32,000 nt of DNA from positions 930,001-962,000 of the forward strand of contig CP013062.1 of the NCBI GenBank assembly GCA_001430755.1, given 5' to 3'. This stretch comes from Candidatus Peribacter riflensis. GTDB taxonomy: Bacteria; Patescibacteriota; Gracilibacteria; Peribacterales; Peribacteraceae. Every line of letters begins with the position of its first letter. Position 1 is the first letter of the stretch. This document shows, piece after piece, positions 22,995 to 30,755 of this stretch. Under the pieces are notes generated by a model. That model was given only the letters and a program-made list of their open reading frames with translations. It was not told the origin of the DNA and did not search any database. Both the position numbers and the translations under genes were made by a program.

Positions 22995-23007
22995 ACCCAC
23001 AAGTCGT

Positions 23008-23562
23008 ATGACATCTTTTGTGCCCACATCGGAAGACACCGCCATCTACGAATTCTGTGTCCTCTACCCCGCCAATCTCTCCCAGAAAGAGGAGCAGACG
23101 CTTTTGAAGGGAATGGAGGAAATTTTCACTGAGGCGGAGGCGAAGCAGCTTTTGCGCGACGCCTGGGGCAGGCGCGGCCTCGCGTACCCCATCAAGAAGC
23201 AGACGGAGGGAAATTTCATCGTCTTCTACTTCGAGATGGATCCCCAGAAACTCAAAGAGGTGAATCGCCAACTCGGGATCCTGCCCAATCTGCTTCGTCA
23301 CCTTGTAGTGAAGCCACCCAAGGGGTACGAAGTCGTGAAGTACTCCGAGCACTTCGAACAGTGGCTCAAAGATCGCGCCACGGCCGTGGAAACGCAGCGC
23401 AAGGAAGAAGAGACGCGCCTGCAGCGCAAGGTGGTGGCGAAAGCAAAGATTCAGGCCAAGCGTACAGAGGCAAAGAAGAAGGAGGTCACCTCCACGCTGG
23501 AAGAGGCTGACCTGAGCAAGAAGCTGGATGAACTGATTTCCGACGATACCCTCGGCCTCTAA
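23008..23562 (+). CDS. rpsF: 30S ribosomal protein S6 with a long charged C-terminal extension
   Basis: YEFCVLYPANL...DAWGRRGLAYPIKKQTEGNFIVFYFEMDP...LLRHLVV is the S6 core. It is followed by about 75 aa rich in K and E, ending in the acidic ...DELISDDTLGL. Confidence 0.9.
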   Translation: MTSFVPTSEDTAIYEFCVLYPANLSQKEEQTLLKGMEEIFTEAEAKQLLRDAWGRRGLAYPIKKQTEGNFIVFYFEMDPQKLKEVNRQLGILPNLLRHLVVKPPKGYEVVKYSEHFEQWLKDRATAVETQRKEEETRLQRKVVAKAKIQAKRTEAKKKEVTSTLEEADLSKKLDELISDDTLGL

Positions 23563-23589
23563 CCCCTACGCCCTATCCCCTACGCCCTA
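23563..23589 (+). repeat. tandem 13-mer CCCCTACGCCCTA x2 (14-nt period) filling the rpsF-rpsR spacer
   Basis: Copies at 23563-23575 and 23577-23589, separated by T. ATG of rpsR is at 23595. Confidence 0.9.
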
Positions 23590-23594
23590 ACAAC

Positions 23595-23840
23595 ATGGAC
23601 CACCGCAAGCAGCAGCAACAGCAACAGCGCTCCGACCCGCGCTTAAAGAAGTGCCCCTTCTGCCTGAAGACGACGAAGTACATCGATTACAAGGATTACC
23701 CGACGATCAAGCCCTTCATGGATTACTTCGGCAATATCATGAAGCGCTACTACTCGGGGCTCTGCCTCAAGCACCAGAAAATGCTGAAGAACGCCATTGA
23801 GCGCGCGCGCTTCATGGGAATGGTGTCTTACAGAAAGTGA
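23595..23840 (+). CDS. rpsR: 30S ribosomal protein S18
   Basis: KKCPFCLKTTKYIDYKDYPTIKPFMDYFGNIMKRYYSGLCLKHQKMLKNAIERARFMGMVSY is the S18 signature (IDYKD ... AIKRAR-like). The N-terminus carries Q6. Confidence 0.95.
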   Translation: MDHRKQQQQQQRSDPRLKKCPFCLKTTKYIDYKDYPTIKPFMDYFGNIMKRYYSGLCLKHQKMLKNAIERARFMGMVSYRK

Positions 23841-23853
23841 AAAACCTCCACCG

Positions 23854-23869
23854 GCGCGCTTCGGCGCGC
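23854..23869 (+). other. GC stem-loop with UUCG tetraloop downstream of rpsR
   Basis: GCGCGC-TTCG-GCGCGC starts 13 nt after the rpsR TGA. The downstream U content is modest, so it is at best a weak intrinsic terminator. Confidence 0.4.
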
Positions 23870-23875
23870 TATACT
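23870..23875 (+). promoter_or_regulatory. -10-like hexamer TATACT, 6 nt upstream of the yebC-family ATG
   Basis: TATACT-tgagtt-ATG(23882). This is the same geometry as the TATAAT box at 29666. No clear -35 was seen. Confidence 0.3.
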
Positions 23876-23881
23876 TGAGTT

Positions 23882-24628
23882 ATGTCCGGTCACTCCAAGT
23901 GGGCCAATATCAAGGTTCGCAAAACCGCGCAGGATTCCAAGCGCGGCAAGATCTACACGCGCCATGCGCGCTTAGTCGAGATGGCGGCGCGCGGCGGCCC
24001 GGACCCGGGCATGAACCCGAACCTGCGGACCGCCATTGATAACGCGAAAGCCGACGGCGTGCCGAATGCAAACATCGACCGCGCCATCAAGAAAGGCTCG
24101 GGCGAACTCAAAGGCGAACAGATGGCGGTCGAAATGTACGCCGCGTACGGCCCCGGCAACACCGCCATGGTCATCGAATGCCTCACCGACAACAAGAATA
24201 GGACGCTCAGCAGCGTGCGGTCGATATTGGAACGACGGGGGGGACGGTGGACGGAATCCGGCTCGGTACTCTGGATGTTCCAGCAGAAGGGGGTGGTGAT
24301 CGGCAAGAAACCGGGCTTACAGAGTTCGGACGAGCTGGAGTTGAAACTCATCGACGCCGGAGCGGAAGACATCGACTGGGCGCAGGATGCCGTGGAGGTG
24401 GTGACGAACGCCACCCAATGGCCGAAGGTGCGTGATCTGCTGAAAGCCGAAGGTTGTGAGATTACGACTGCCGGTCTCAAGTACGTTCCCACGCAGAAAT
24501 CGGCCATCACGGATCTTGCGACGGCACAGCACCTCATGAATCTCATTGAGGCAGTCGAGGAGGACGAAGATGTATCAGAGGTCCACACGAATGCTGACAT
24601 TGCAGATGCAATCGCTGCACAACTCTGA
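23882..24628 (+). CDS. yebC: YebC/PmpR-family DNA-binding transcriptional regulator
   Basis: MSGHSKWANIKVRKTAQDSKRGKIYTRHARLVEMAARGGPDPGMNPNLRTAIDNAKADGVPNANIDRAIKKG is the invariant N-terminal signature of the family. Confidence 0.95.
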   Translation: MSGHSKWANIKVRKTAQDSKRGKIYTRHARLVEMAARGGPDPGMNPNLRTAIDNAKADGVPNANIDRAIKKGSGELKGEQMAVEMYAAYGPGNTAMVIECLTDNKNRTLSSVRSILERRGGRWTESGSVLWMFQQKGVVIGKKPGLQSSDELELKLIDAGAEDIDWAQDAVEVVTNATQWPKVRDLLKAEGCEITTAGLKYVPTQKSAITDLATAQHLMNLIEAVEEDEDVSEVHTNADIADAIAAQL

Positions 24629-24633
24629 CATCA

Positions 24634-26325
24634 TCAGCGTGTCAGTGATGCCTGCAAGAGCAGACGTTCTACGAGAGACGGGCGCGCAGAGGCTGCTGCG
24701 TAGCGCTCGCACACTTCCCGGATTTCAGCATCGGGTTCGGCCATCATCACCCAGTCCGCTCCGGGCGGCGTCGCCGCGCACGGTTCCAACTTCATCAACC
24801 ACCTGAGCAGAGGCGCATTGATGGAGGTGTCTCTGGGCGTGTAGAGAACCACGAGCTTCCGGTGATGCTCTCTGGCCAGATTCTTGAGGTACTCAACGCG
24901 ATTGGGATCATCCAGTCCCCACTCAAAGAGCACGCTCTTCTGCGAGGAACCGAAGAGGCCGGAGTAGTAGAACATCCCCCAGTCGAGCGCGAGCACGATA
25001 GTGCGCTCGGGAATGGATCCTGAATTAATGATGCGCTGGACCACCAATTTTTGTGGCGTGTTATGCACCAGATACTTCTGGATGGGAAAAATCGCGTAGA
25101 ACAGGATATTCACCACAATGAACGCAGTGGCGCACAGGATAAGGTACATACGGAGCCACGGGCGCGGAGCGGACGCAAAGGCCCCCAGTGCGCACCGGAT
25201 CGTCGCAAGCGTGGCAAGGATGAGGAACGGATAACTCAGGATGGCATGGTGCATGGCCCACGAATCCCTGGTACGAACGACCATCATAATGGTGAGTAGA
25301 AAACTCACGTAGAGCATGGTCGGCAGGATGAGCTTCCTGTGTGAGAAACCCCTGGCAAATAGCACAAGAAGCAGCAGGGTGGAGGGAACGAAGAGGTAGT
25401 GAAGAACCGAGAAGATGCGGGAAAGCATCGGGGCAGGCAATACTTCGTACACGCGCTGCGTAGCCTCAAGAGGATTGAGGAATGCATACAGGGAAGACGG
25501 GAGCGGCCATTTTCCCATCAGAAGTTCGACAACGCTGTATGACTGGCTCTGGAGGAGCTGATGGAGGAACGGGCGAAACGCGGGATCATCAGGGGCAGTG
25601 GAGAACAATAAGACGGCGAGGAAAAGACCAAGCACGACAGCGCCCGCGATCCCCTGCCGGATGAGCCGGCCGAGGTGACCCGGCATCTTCAGCGTATCCC
25701 AGTGGCGGACCACATGGATCAGGAAGAAGAGGAGCAGACCCGGCCCAAACCAGAAGAACGTCGGCTTCGTCCAGATCCCGAAGAACGTCACCAGCGCAAT
25801 GGCTCCGATCAAACGCCACTCAAGCCGGGCACACCACCGGTCCAGCAGAGCATAGAGCAGGAACACGAAAAAGATCTGCACGCCGATCGGCCCGGTATCC
25901 ACCAGATGCTGGAAGAGGTACGGGAACGTGAGGATGAGTGCAGCGATGACGATCTTGGGTCTGAATGAAAAAGCGCGTGCGGCCAGAAAACCGCCACCCA
26001 TGAGGAACAGCATCCCCAACAGACGCGCCGCCAGAGGGCTGCTCCAGAGCAGGATAATCGGCAGAAAGTATAGCGCGGGAAAACTCCCGACGTAATCGTA
26101 CGATCGCAGCGGAGCGACGAGCCCCGTGCCCAGAACATTCAGCTGAAACGGGTCACAACCGTTATGGATGTTGTTTCCGGGATACAGGTGGCAGGTGATT
26201 GTGTTATAGAACAGAAATTCATCCATGTTGTACGGAACGATCACGGAGAACGCCACAACGAACGCAAGGCCGAAAATAAGAATCGTCAGTACATTCCACC
26301 CTTTGTGAAAGATGTGTCCGCCCAC
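24634..26325 (-). CDS. GT-C-like polytopic membrane protein (ArnT/PMT-like)
   Basis: 563 aa with a GTG start at 26325, an acidic motif PYNMDEFLFYN after TM1, at least 12 hydrophobic segments and a ~150-aa C-terminal soluble domain. Confidence 0.7.
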   Translation of the reverse strand: MGGHIFHKGWNVLTILIFGLAFVVAFSVIVPYNMDEFLFYNTITCHLYPGNNIHNGCDPFQLNVLGTGLVAPLRSYDYVGSFPALYFLPIILLWSSPLAARLLGMLFLMGGGFLAARAFSFRPKIVIAALILTFPYLFQHLVDTGPIGVQIFFVFLLYALLDRWCARLEWRLIGAIALVTFFGIWTKPTFFWFGPGLLLFFLIHVVRHWDTLKMPGHLGRLIRQGIAGAVVLGLFLAVLLFSTAPDDPAFRPFLHQLLQSQSYSVVELLMGKWPLPSSLYAFLNPLEATQRVYEVLPAPMLSRIFSVLHYLFVPSTLLLLVLFARGFSHRKLILPTMLYVSFLLTIMMVVRTRDSWAMHHAILSYPFLILATLATIRCALGAFASAPRPWLRMYLILCATAFIVVNILFYAIFPIQKYLVHNTPQKLVVQRIINSGSIPERTIVLALDWGMFYYSGLFGSSQKSVLFEWGLDDPNRVEYLKNLAREHHRKLVVLYTPRDTSINAPLLRWLMKLEPCAATPPGADWVMMAEPDAEIREVCERYAAASARPSLVERLLLQASLTR

Positions 26326-26373
26326 GCCGCTCCATGACAGAAAATTTTGGATGTGTGTGTCGAAAATCCACTT

Positions 26374-26402
26374 AGTATAGCAGATTTGAGCGTATTCGAC
26401 AA
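26374..26402 (-). promoter_or_regulatory. candidate promoter TTGTCG-N17-TGcTATACT for the 24634..26325 gene
   Basis: The minus strand has TTGTCG at 26402-26397 and TATACT at 26379-26374, preceded by TGc. This predicts a leader of about 40-48 nt. Confidence 0.4.
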
Positions 26403-26433
26403 AGGAGGCGTGTGCAGACAGGGAACGGCCGAA

Positions 26434-29400
26434 TCACCGCTTCTCCGTGACGGTCACCGTGACGGTATCGTCCGTGGTCTTGCCCGAAAGATCCGTGGCC
26501 ACGGCGCGGAGACGATAGGTTCCCGGACTCACCGTGACACCGTACGTGAGGCTGAATGGCTCCCGCGGTTTTGTCGTGAGCAACGTCTCATCCAGATAGA
26601 ACTGGACATATTTGAGCACGCCGTCGTCATCCTGCACCTGCACGTTCATGGAAAGTGTTTCCCCCTGTGCAATCGTGGTGTCTCCCTCCGGTTCCAGAAA
26701 GGAAACCGAGAGACCGGCACCCTCTCCTTCCCCAAAGTGGAAACGGACCGTCTCGGTGACGGCGTTGTAGTACTCATCCGTCACAGTCACGGTGAGTGTG
26801 TGAGATTCCTCACGGTCCACCGACCGCGGAACGCGCAGCGGCTCATCGAACGGTGCTGCTGTGCGTACCGCCACCCGTTTGCCGTCGATTTCGAAGCGGA
26901 TCTCGCGCACCGCCGAACCCACGCGATACTGGAGCTTGGGACGGAATGCGGGATACGTCACCGAACCGTTCTCATCGGGAGACAGAATCGTGAGCGTGGG
27001 CTTGTCGAGCCTTCCGGGGGTGAGAGCGGGATCGCACTTCTCCGTGGGAGCGACAGGCAGGGGGAGAATGGAACCCGAATGATCGGACGACGCGTACCAC
27101 AGCGTCATCTGCTCCCCCACCCACTTCTGCACACCCTCTTCCCACGTCGGCCAGCGGTCGGGGAGGATGCTCTTCGCCACGAGGAAGCTCCCCGACTCCT
27201 GCGCTGCCTGCGGGCACGCATCTGAAGCGAGAAGGTGTGTCACACGGTCAACGATGAGCTGCGCGCAGGCGGGATCCTGCAGAGTGGGCGGACGCTCTTC
27301 GAGGAAAATATCCGGTCGGCGGTACTGAATCGGCGTGCAGGGAGAGGGCAGCTCGCCTGAGAGGGTGGAGATCTGCGGCTGGATGATGCCCGAAGGAGGC
27401 GTGAAGGCCGTCTTGGGCGCTGTGAGCACGCGGTGTGCGCGCTCCATGAATTCCTTCCAGAGAGGACTCGACGTATTGAGTCCGTCTCCTTTGTCGTACA
27501 TTGAGGAACTGTCGGCATTGCCCGACCACACGCCTGCGACGAGGTTCGGCGTGTAACCGAGTACCCATGCGTTATCAGGCTTGCGCAGCTTGCAGGTGTT
27601 CTTGTCTTTCCATTCCAGACACTTGTTGCTCGTGCCGGTCTTCGCAGCAGCCTCGTAACCCGAGACCGTGAGCTGCGACTGCCAGTACTCCGTGGGACGC
27701 ACCGAGGCATCGCTGAGCACCGACGTGATCTGGTACGCAATGCGCGGATCGAGCACCTGTCGCTCCTCTTTGCCAGGCTCAGCCGCAAAGAGTAATGCCC
27801 CTTTGCGATCTTCGACTTTGAGAATGCTCACCACAGGCTTGTACATGCCGCTGTCAGCGAGCGATGCGTACGCCTGCACCATCTCCAGAAGCGGCGTTTC
27901 AGCGGCGCCCAGCGCGAGCGGCCATCCGTACTCGAAACTCCCGGAGCCGGTGGTCTGGAGTGTGCGGCGCTGCTCCAGCGGCGTGGGTGCGCCCAGATCA
28001 CGTGCCAGTTCGAGAATCGGTTGCTCGCCCCCCGCGAGGAAGAAGGCCTTGGCTGCGGGAATATTGCGCGAGGCCCCCAGCGCCTGGCGGATCGTCATCG
28101 GCCCCATCGTCTTGCCGTCGAAATCCTGCGGCTGATCGTCGCCGATTCTCGTGGTGACGTCGTAGAGAACCGTCGCCGGGGTGTACCCCTGCTGAAAAGC
28201 CGCGGCGTACACGATCGGCTTGAAGCTCGATCCGGGCTGACGCGGAGCCTGCACCATATCGATTTTTCCGCCATAGAGCTCGTCGCTGTAATCGCTGTTG
28301 CCGACGTATGCCATCACATCGCGGGTGGCCGGATCGAGGGCGACGAGCGCGATGTTGTGTGCGCCGAAGCGGTCGAGCACATCCTCGCGATGGTTGGCGA
28401 CCACCTTCTCCGCGATTTCCTGCAGCCGCCAGTCGAGTGTCGTGGTGATCTTGAGCCCTCCGCGCTCGAGAATATCTTTCTCAGATTGCCCGCCCAGCAG
28501 TTGCTCCACCTGTTGACGCACCCAGAGCACGAAATGCGGGGCACGAATGGTGTCGCGCATCGGCTGGAACGTGAGCGTTTCCAGCTCGTCGAGCGCCTGC
28601 AGACGCTGCTGCTCGGTGATGAGCTCCTGCTCCTGCATATTCCGGAGCACGGCATCCGCACGTCCGCCGATGTACACGGTCGTGGCTCCGGTTCCAATGA
28701 CCGCGCCGAGCAGACCCACGGTCACCTCTTCCTCGGAAATATCGGCTGCAGAGGTGATCTCACCCCGCAGGACCTCACGCGTGATCTCATCAGAAACCTT
28801 CGTGCGGACATGCGACCCGTACGGGTTGAAGTAGGAGGGACGCTGCGGGAGCGCAGCGAGGACGGCCGACTGTGCCAGCGTGATCCCCGAAGCGGAACGG
28901 GCGAAGTACGTGCTACTCGCCTGCTCGATGCCGTAGGCGTTCTGGCCGAAAGGAATCCAGTTGAGGTAGAGCTCGAGCAGTTCATCTTTGCTGAATTTGG
29001 ATTCCAACTGACAGCCCAGAATCACCTCTTTGAACTTACGGCTGACGATGTTCTCGCGCTTGAGATCGAGCGCGTTGCGCGCAAGCTGGCGCGTGAGGGT
29101 GGAGCCGCCGCCCGCCTGTCCGAACAGAAAAACTGCACGTGCGATTGCACGGACATCGAGGCATCCGCGGTCATAGAAACGCTGATCTTCAATCGCAATG
29201 ATGGCTTTTTTCATCGTCTCCGGAATCTGGGCACTGGGGACGAACGTGCGGTCCTGCTCATTGAAGAGACGATAGAGCTCCACATCGTTGCGGTCAGTGA
29301 TCACCGTGCTCTGGGGAGCGAAGAGACTTCGGGGATCGCTGATGTCAGGCAGCGTGAACCAGAGAAAGCCGAGGTAGAGTGTGCCTGCCGCAACGAGGAA

Positions 29401-29598
29401 CACGCCAAACCGCAGCAGGAACTTTTTCAGGCGCTTTTCGGTACCCGAAGACGGCAGAAAGACGCGCACAAGACTGCGGAGAAAGCGCTGAAGGAAACCG
29501 AAGAAACCTCCGCCGACGGCAGAGGGCGCACGGCGCGCAGAAGGACGGTACCCCGTCCGTCCATTCGAAAGCGGCCGGAGCTCAAACTCAGGAACCAT
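26434..29598 (-). CDS. class A penicillin-binding protein (GT51 transglycosylase plus transpeptidase) with C-terminal tandem Ig-like domains
   Basis: IAIEDQRFYDRGCLD and GGSTLTRQLARN (GT51). PGSSFKP (SxxK), ASRN (SxN) and KTGTS (KTG) mark the transpeptidase. The last ~300 aa are beta-rich repeats (TLTVTVTDEYYN..., TYRLRAVATDLSGKTTDDTVTVTV). An N-terminal TM anchor is present. Confidence 0.9.
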   Translation of the reverse strand: MVPEFELRPLSNGRTGYRPSARRAPSAVGGGFFGFLQRFLRSLVRVFLPSSGTEKRLKKFLLRFGVFLVAAGTLYLGFLWFTLPDISDPRSLFAPQSTVITDRNDVELYRLFNEQDRTFVPSAQIPETMKKAIIAIEDQRFYDRGCLDVRAIARAVFLFGQAGGGSTLTRQLARNALDLKRENIVSRKFKEVILGCQLESKFSKDELLELYLNWIPFGQNAYGIEQASSTYFARSASGITLAQSAVLAALPQRPSYFNPYGSHVRTKVSDEITREVLRGEITSAADISEEEVTVGLLGAVIGTGATTVYIGGRADAVLRNMQEQELITEQQRLQALDELETLTFQPMRDTIRAPHFVLWVRQQVEQLLGGQSEKDILERGGLKITTTLDWRLQEIAEKVVANHREDVLDRFGAHNIALVALDPATRDVMAYVGNSDYSDELYGGKIDMVQAPRQPGSSFKPIVYAAAFQQGYTPATVLYDVTTRIGDDQPQDFDGKTMGPMTIRQALGASRNIPAAKAFFLAGGEQPILELARDLGAPTPLEQRRTLQTTGSGSFEYGWPLALGAAETPLLEMVQAYASLADSGMYKPVVSILKVEDRKGALLFAAEPGKEERQVLDPRIAYQITSVLSDASVRPTEYWQSQLTVSGYEAAAKTGTSNKCLEWKDKNTCKLRKPDNAWVLGYTPNLVAGVWSGNADSSSMYDKGDGLNTSSPLWKEFMERAHRVLTAPKTAFTPPSGIIQPQISTLSGELPSPCTPIQYRRPDIFLEERPPTLQDPACAQLIVDRVTHLLASDACPQAAQESGSFLVAKSILPDRWPTWEEGVQKWVGEQMTLWYASSDHSGSILPLPVAPTEKCDPALTPGRLDKPTLTILSPDENGSVTYPAFRPKLQYRVGSAVREIRFEIDGKRVAVRTAAPFDEPLRVPRSVDREESHTLTVTVTDEYYNAVTETVRFHFGEGEGAGLSVSFLEPEGDTTIAQGETLSMNVQVQDDDGVLKYVQFYLDETLLTTKPREPFSLTYGVTVSPGTYRLRAVATDLSGKTTDDTVTVTVTEKR

Positions 29599-29662
29599 GA
29601 GAATGTGAGTGTAGGGCTCCAGACCTGTCCCCGCAAATGAGTCTGCGGAAGAATGGATTCTA

Positions 29663-29671
29663 TGCTATAAT
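29663..29671 (+). promoter_or_regulatory. consensus extended -10 promoter TGcTATAAT, 6 nt upstream of ATG 29678 (implies a leaderless mRNA)
   Basis: tatGcTATAATggacagATG, with TG at 29663-29664 and TATAAT at 29666-29671. Confidence 0.5.
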
Positions 29672-29677
29672 GGACAG

Positions 29678-30010
29678 ATGTCCCTCTTCAGAGTCATCGG
29701 CGAGTGGCTGATCCCGGTCGTACGCGCCCAGGGGCAGGCATTCGGGTCCTTTACGGTCAGTTCGTGGGCCTACGGGGACCGGACGTGGCAGGGAATCCTG
29801 GGCAGTATCGTCAACATGCTCAAAAACACGATTACCGTCGCGGCCGTGGCGGTCTTCGTCACAGGGGCCTTTCTGTTCACAATCTCCGCAGGCGATGAGA
29901 ACCGCAAATCAAAAGGGAAGAACATGATGATTGGGGCCCTCTGGGGGCTTGGAATCGTTCTCGGAGCACAGGCGATTCTCCGTACAGCCTCGTACTTCGT
30001 CTGGGGATAG
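29678..30010 (+). CDS. small two-TM secreted/membrane protein resembling TrbC/VirB2-type (T4SS-pilin-like) proteins
   Basis: 110 aa with an N-terminal signal-like segment. It then reads VAAVAVFVTGAFLFTISAGDENRKSKGKNMMIGALWGLGIVLGAQAIL, the hydrophobic-G..SAGDE..K-hydrophobic pattern typical of these pilin-like proteins. Confidence 0.55.
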   Translation: MSLFRVIGEWLIPVVRAQGQAFGSFTVSSWAYGDRTWQGILGSIVNMLKNTITVAAVAVFVTGAFLFTISAGDENRKSKGKNMMIGALWGLGIVLGAQAILRTASYFVWG

Positions 30011-30101
30011 AAATGGAGACGGGTCGCGCGGCCGATTCAGAGGGTTTTTTGAATGAAGCACCATCTGCCTGTAGTCAAAAGAGAAAAAAACTCACTAAAA
30101 A

Positions 30102-30129
30102 TTGTGCGGGCTTCTCGTGGAGGTACAAT
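30102..30129 (+). promoter_or_regulatory. candidate promoter TTGTGC-N16-TACAAT upstream of the TPR gene
   Basis: Hexamers at 30102-30107 and 30124-30129. The ATG at 30141 is 11 nt after the -10 box, giving a very short leader. A/T-rich sequence lies upstream. Confidence 0.35.
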
Positions 30130-30140
30130 GACGTCCTCCC

Positions 30141-30737
30141 ATGCAAGCGCCCCACTCTTCCGACACTCTGCAACGGCTCGAGCGCGCAGAGCAACTGAAG
30201 CTCACCTGCAAACATGAAGATGCGCTGAAAATTCTGGAAGAGTTGCTGATCGAAGACCCCGAGAACGTTCCCGCACTCGAAGAAGTGGCGGATAACGAGT
30301 TGAGTTTGGGGCATTTTTCGCGCGCAGAACGCGCAGCGAGGAGGGCGGTGGCCATCGGGCAGAAGAGCTACACCGGACACTACATTCTGGGGTACCTCCG
30401 CTCACAGGAGGAGAAGTGGGATTCAGCCCTGAAGGAACTGAAGATCGCCAATACGCTCAGCCCCAACAATGCCGAGATCCTTCGTTGTTTGGGATGGGTA
30501 CTCTTCAACGTCGGCCAGCGGGCGCAGGGCGTGGTGACCCTGGAACGTGCACTCAATTTGGACCAGGAAAATCCCCTCACCCTCTGCGATCTGGGTTCCG
30601 CCTACCTGCAGGCCCGCAACCTGCGCAAAGCCCGTGCGCTCTTTCAGCGCGCGCTGGAGCTGGATCCGGAGAATGGCCGTGCCAAGGAATGCGTGCTCAT
30701 GGCGGAACGACTGCTCAAGACGACCGAGAGGAAATGA
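30141..30737 (+). CDS. tetratricopeptide-repeat (TPR) protein
   Basis: Repeated 34-aa A/L/G/Y/N-P helical pattern, for example AEILRCLGWVLFNVGQRAQGVVTLERALNLDQENP and LTLCDLGSAYLQARNLRKARALFQRALELDPENG. Confidence 0.85.
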   Translation: MQAPHSSDTLQRLERAEQLKLTCKHEDALKILEELLIEDPENVPALEEVADNELSLGHFSRAERAARRAVAIGQKSYTGHYILGYLRSQEEKWDSALKELKIANTLSPNNAEILRCLGWVLFNVGQRAQGVVTLERALNLDQENPLTLCDLGSAYLQARNLRKARALFQRALELDPENGRAKECVLMAERLLKTTERK

Positions 30738-30755
30738 GGAGAGAGCACGTCGGCG

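Noticed and set aside
23609-23626. CAG/CAA run (Q6) at the 5' end of rpsR
   Set aside because: It is a short coding low-complexity stretch in a variable N-terminal tail. It is too short and impure to treat as a meaningful microsatellite.
24625-24645. 6-bp inverted repeat CTGACA...TGTCAG spanning both stop codons at the yebC/GT-C convergent junction
   Set aside because: The stem is only 6 bp with a 9-nt loop and no U-tract. That is too weak to call a terminator.
27338-27368. GGGAGAGGG ... GAGAGGG, resembling the G-boxes of the palindromic element, inside the PBP gene
   Set aside because: It has no adjacent C-box, different spacing, and encodes ordinary sequence (SGELPSPCT). A single 9-mer match is plausible by chance in GC-rich DNA. 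It is noted only as a possible degenerate relic.
28021-29640. 539-aa + strand ORF
   Set aside because: It is antisense to the PBP gene, which has all GT51 and transpeptidase motifs. It is a shadow ORF.
30013-30198. 61-aa ORF and a T6 run (30045-30050) downstream of the pilin-like gene
   Set aside because: The ORF spans an A/T-rich intergenic region and overlaps the TPR gene start, and it has no motifs. I could not find a convincing stem preceding the T-run, so I do not call a terminator.
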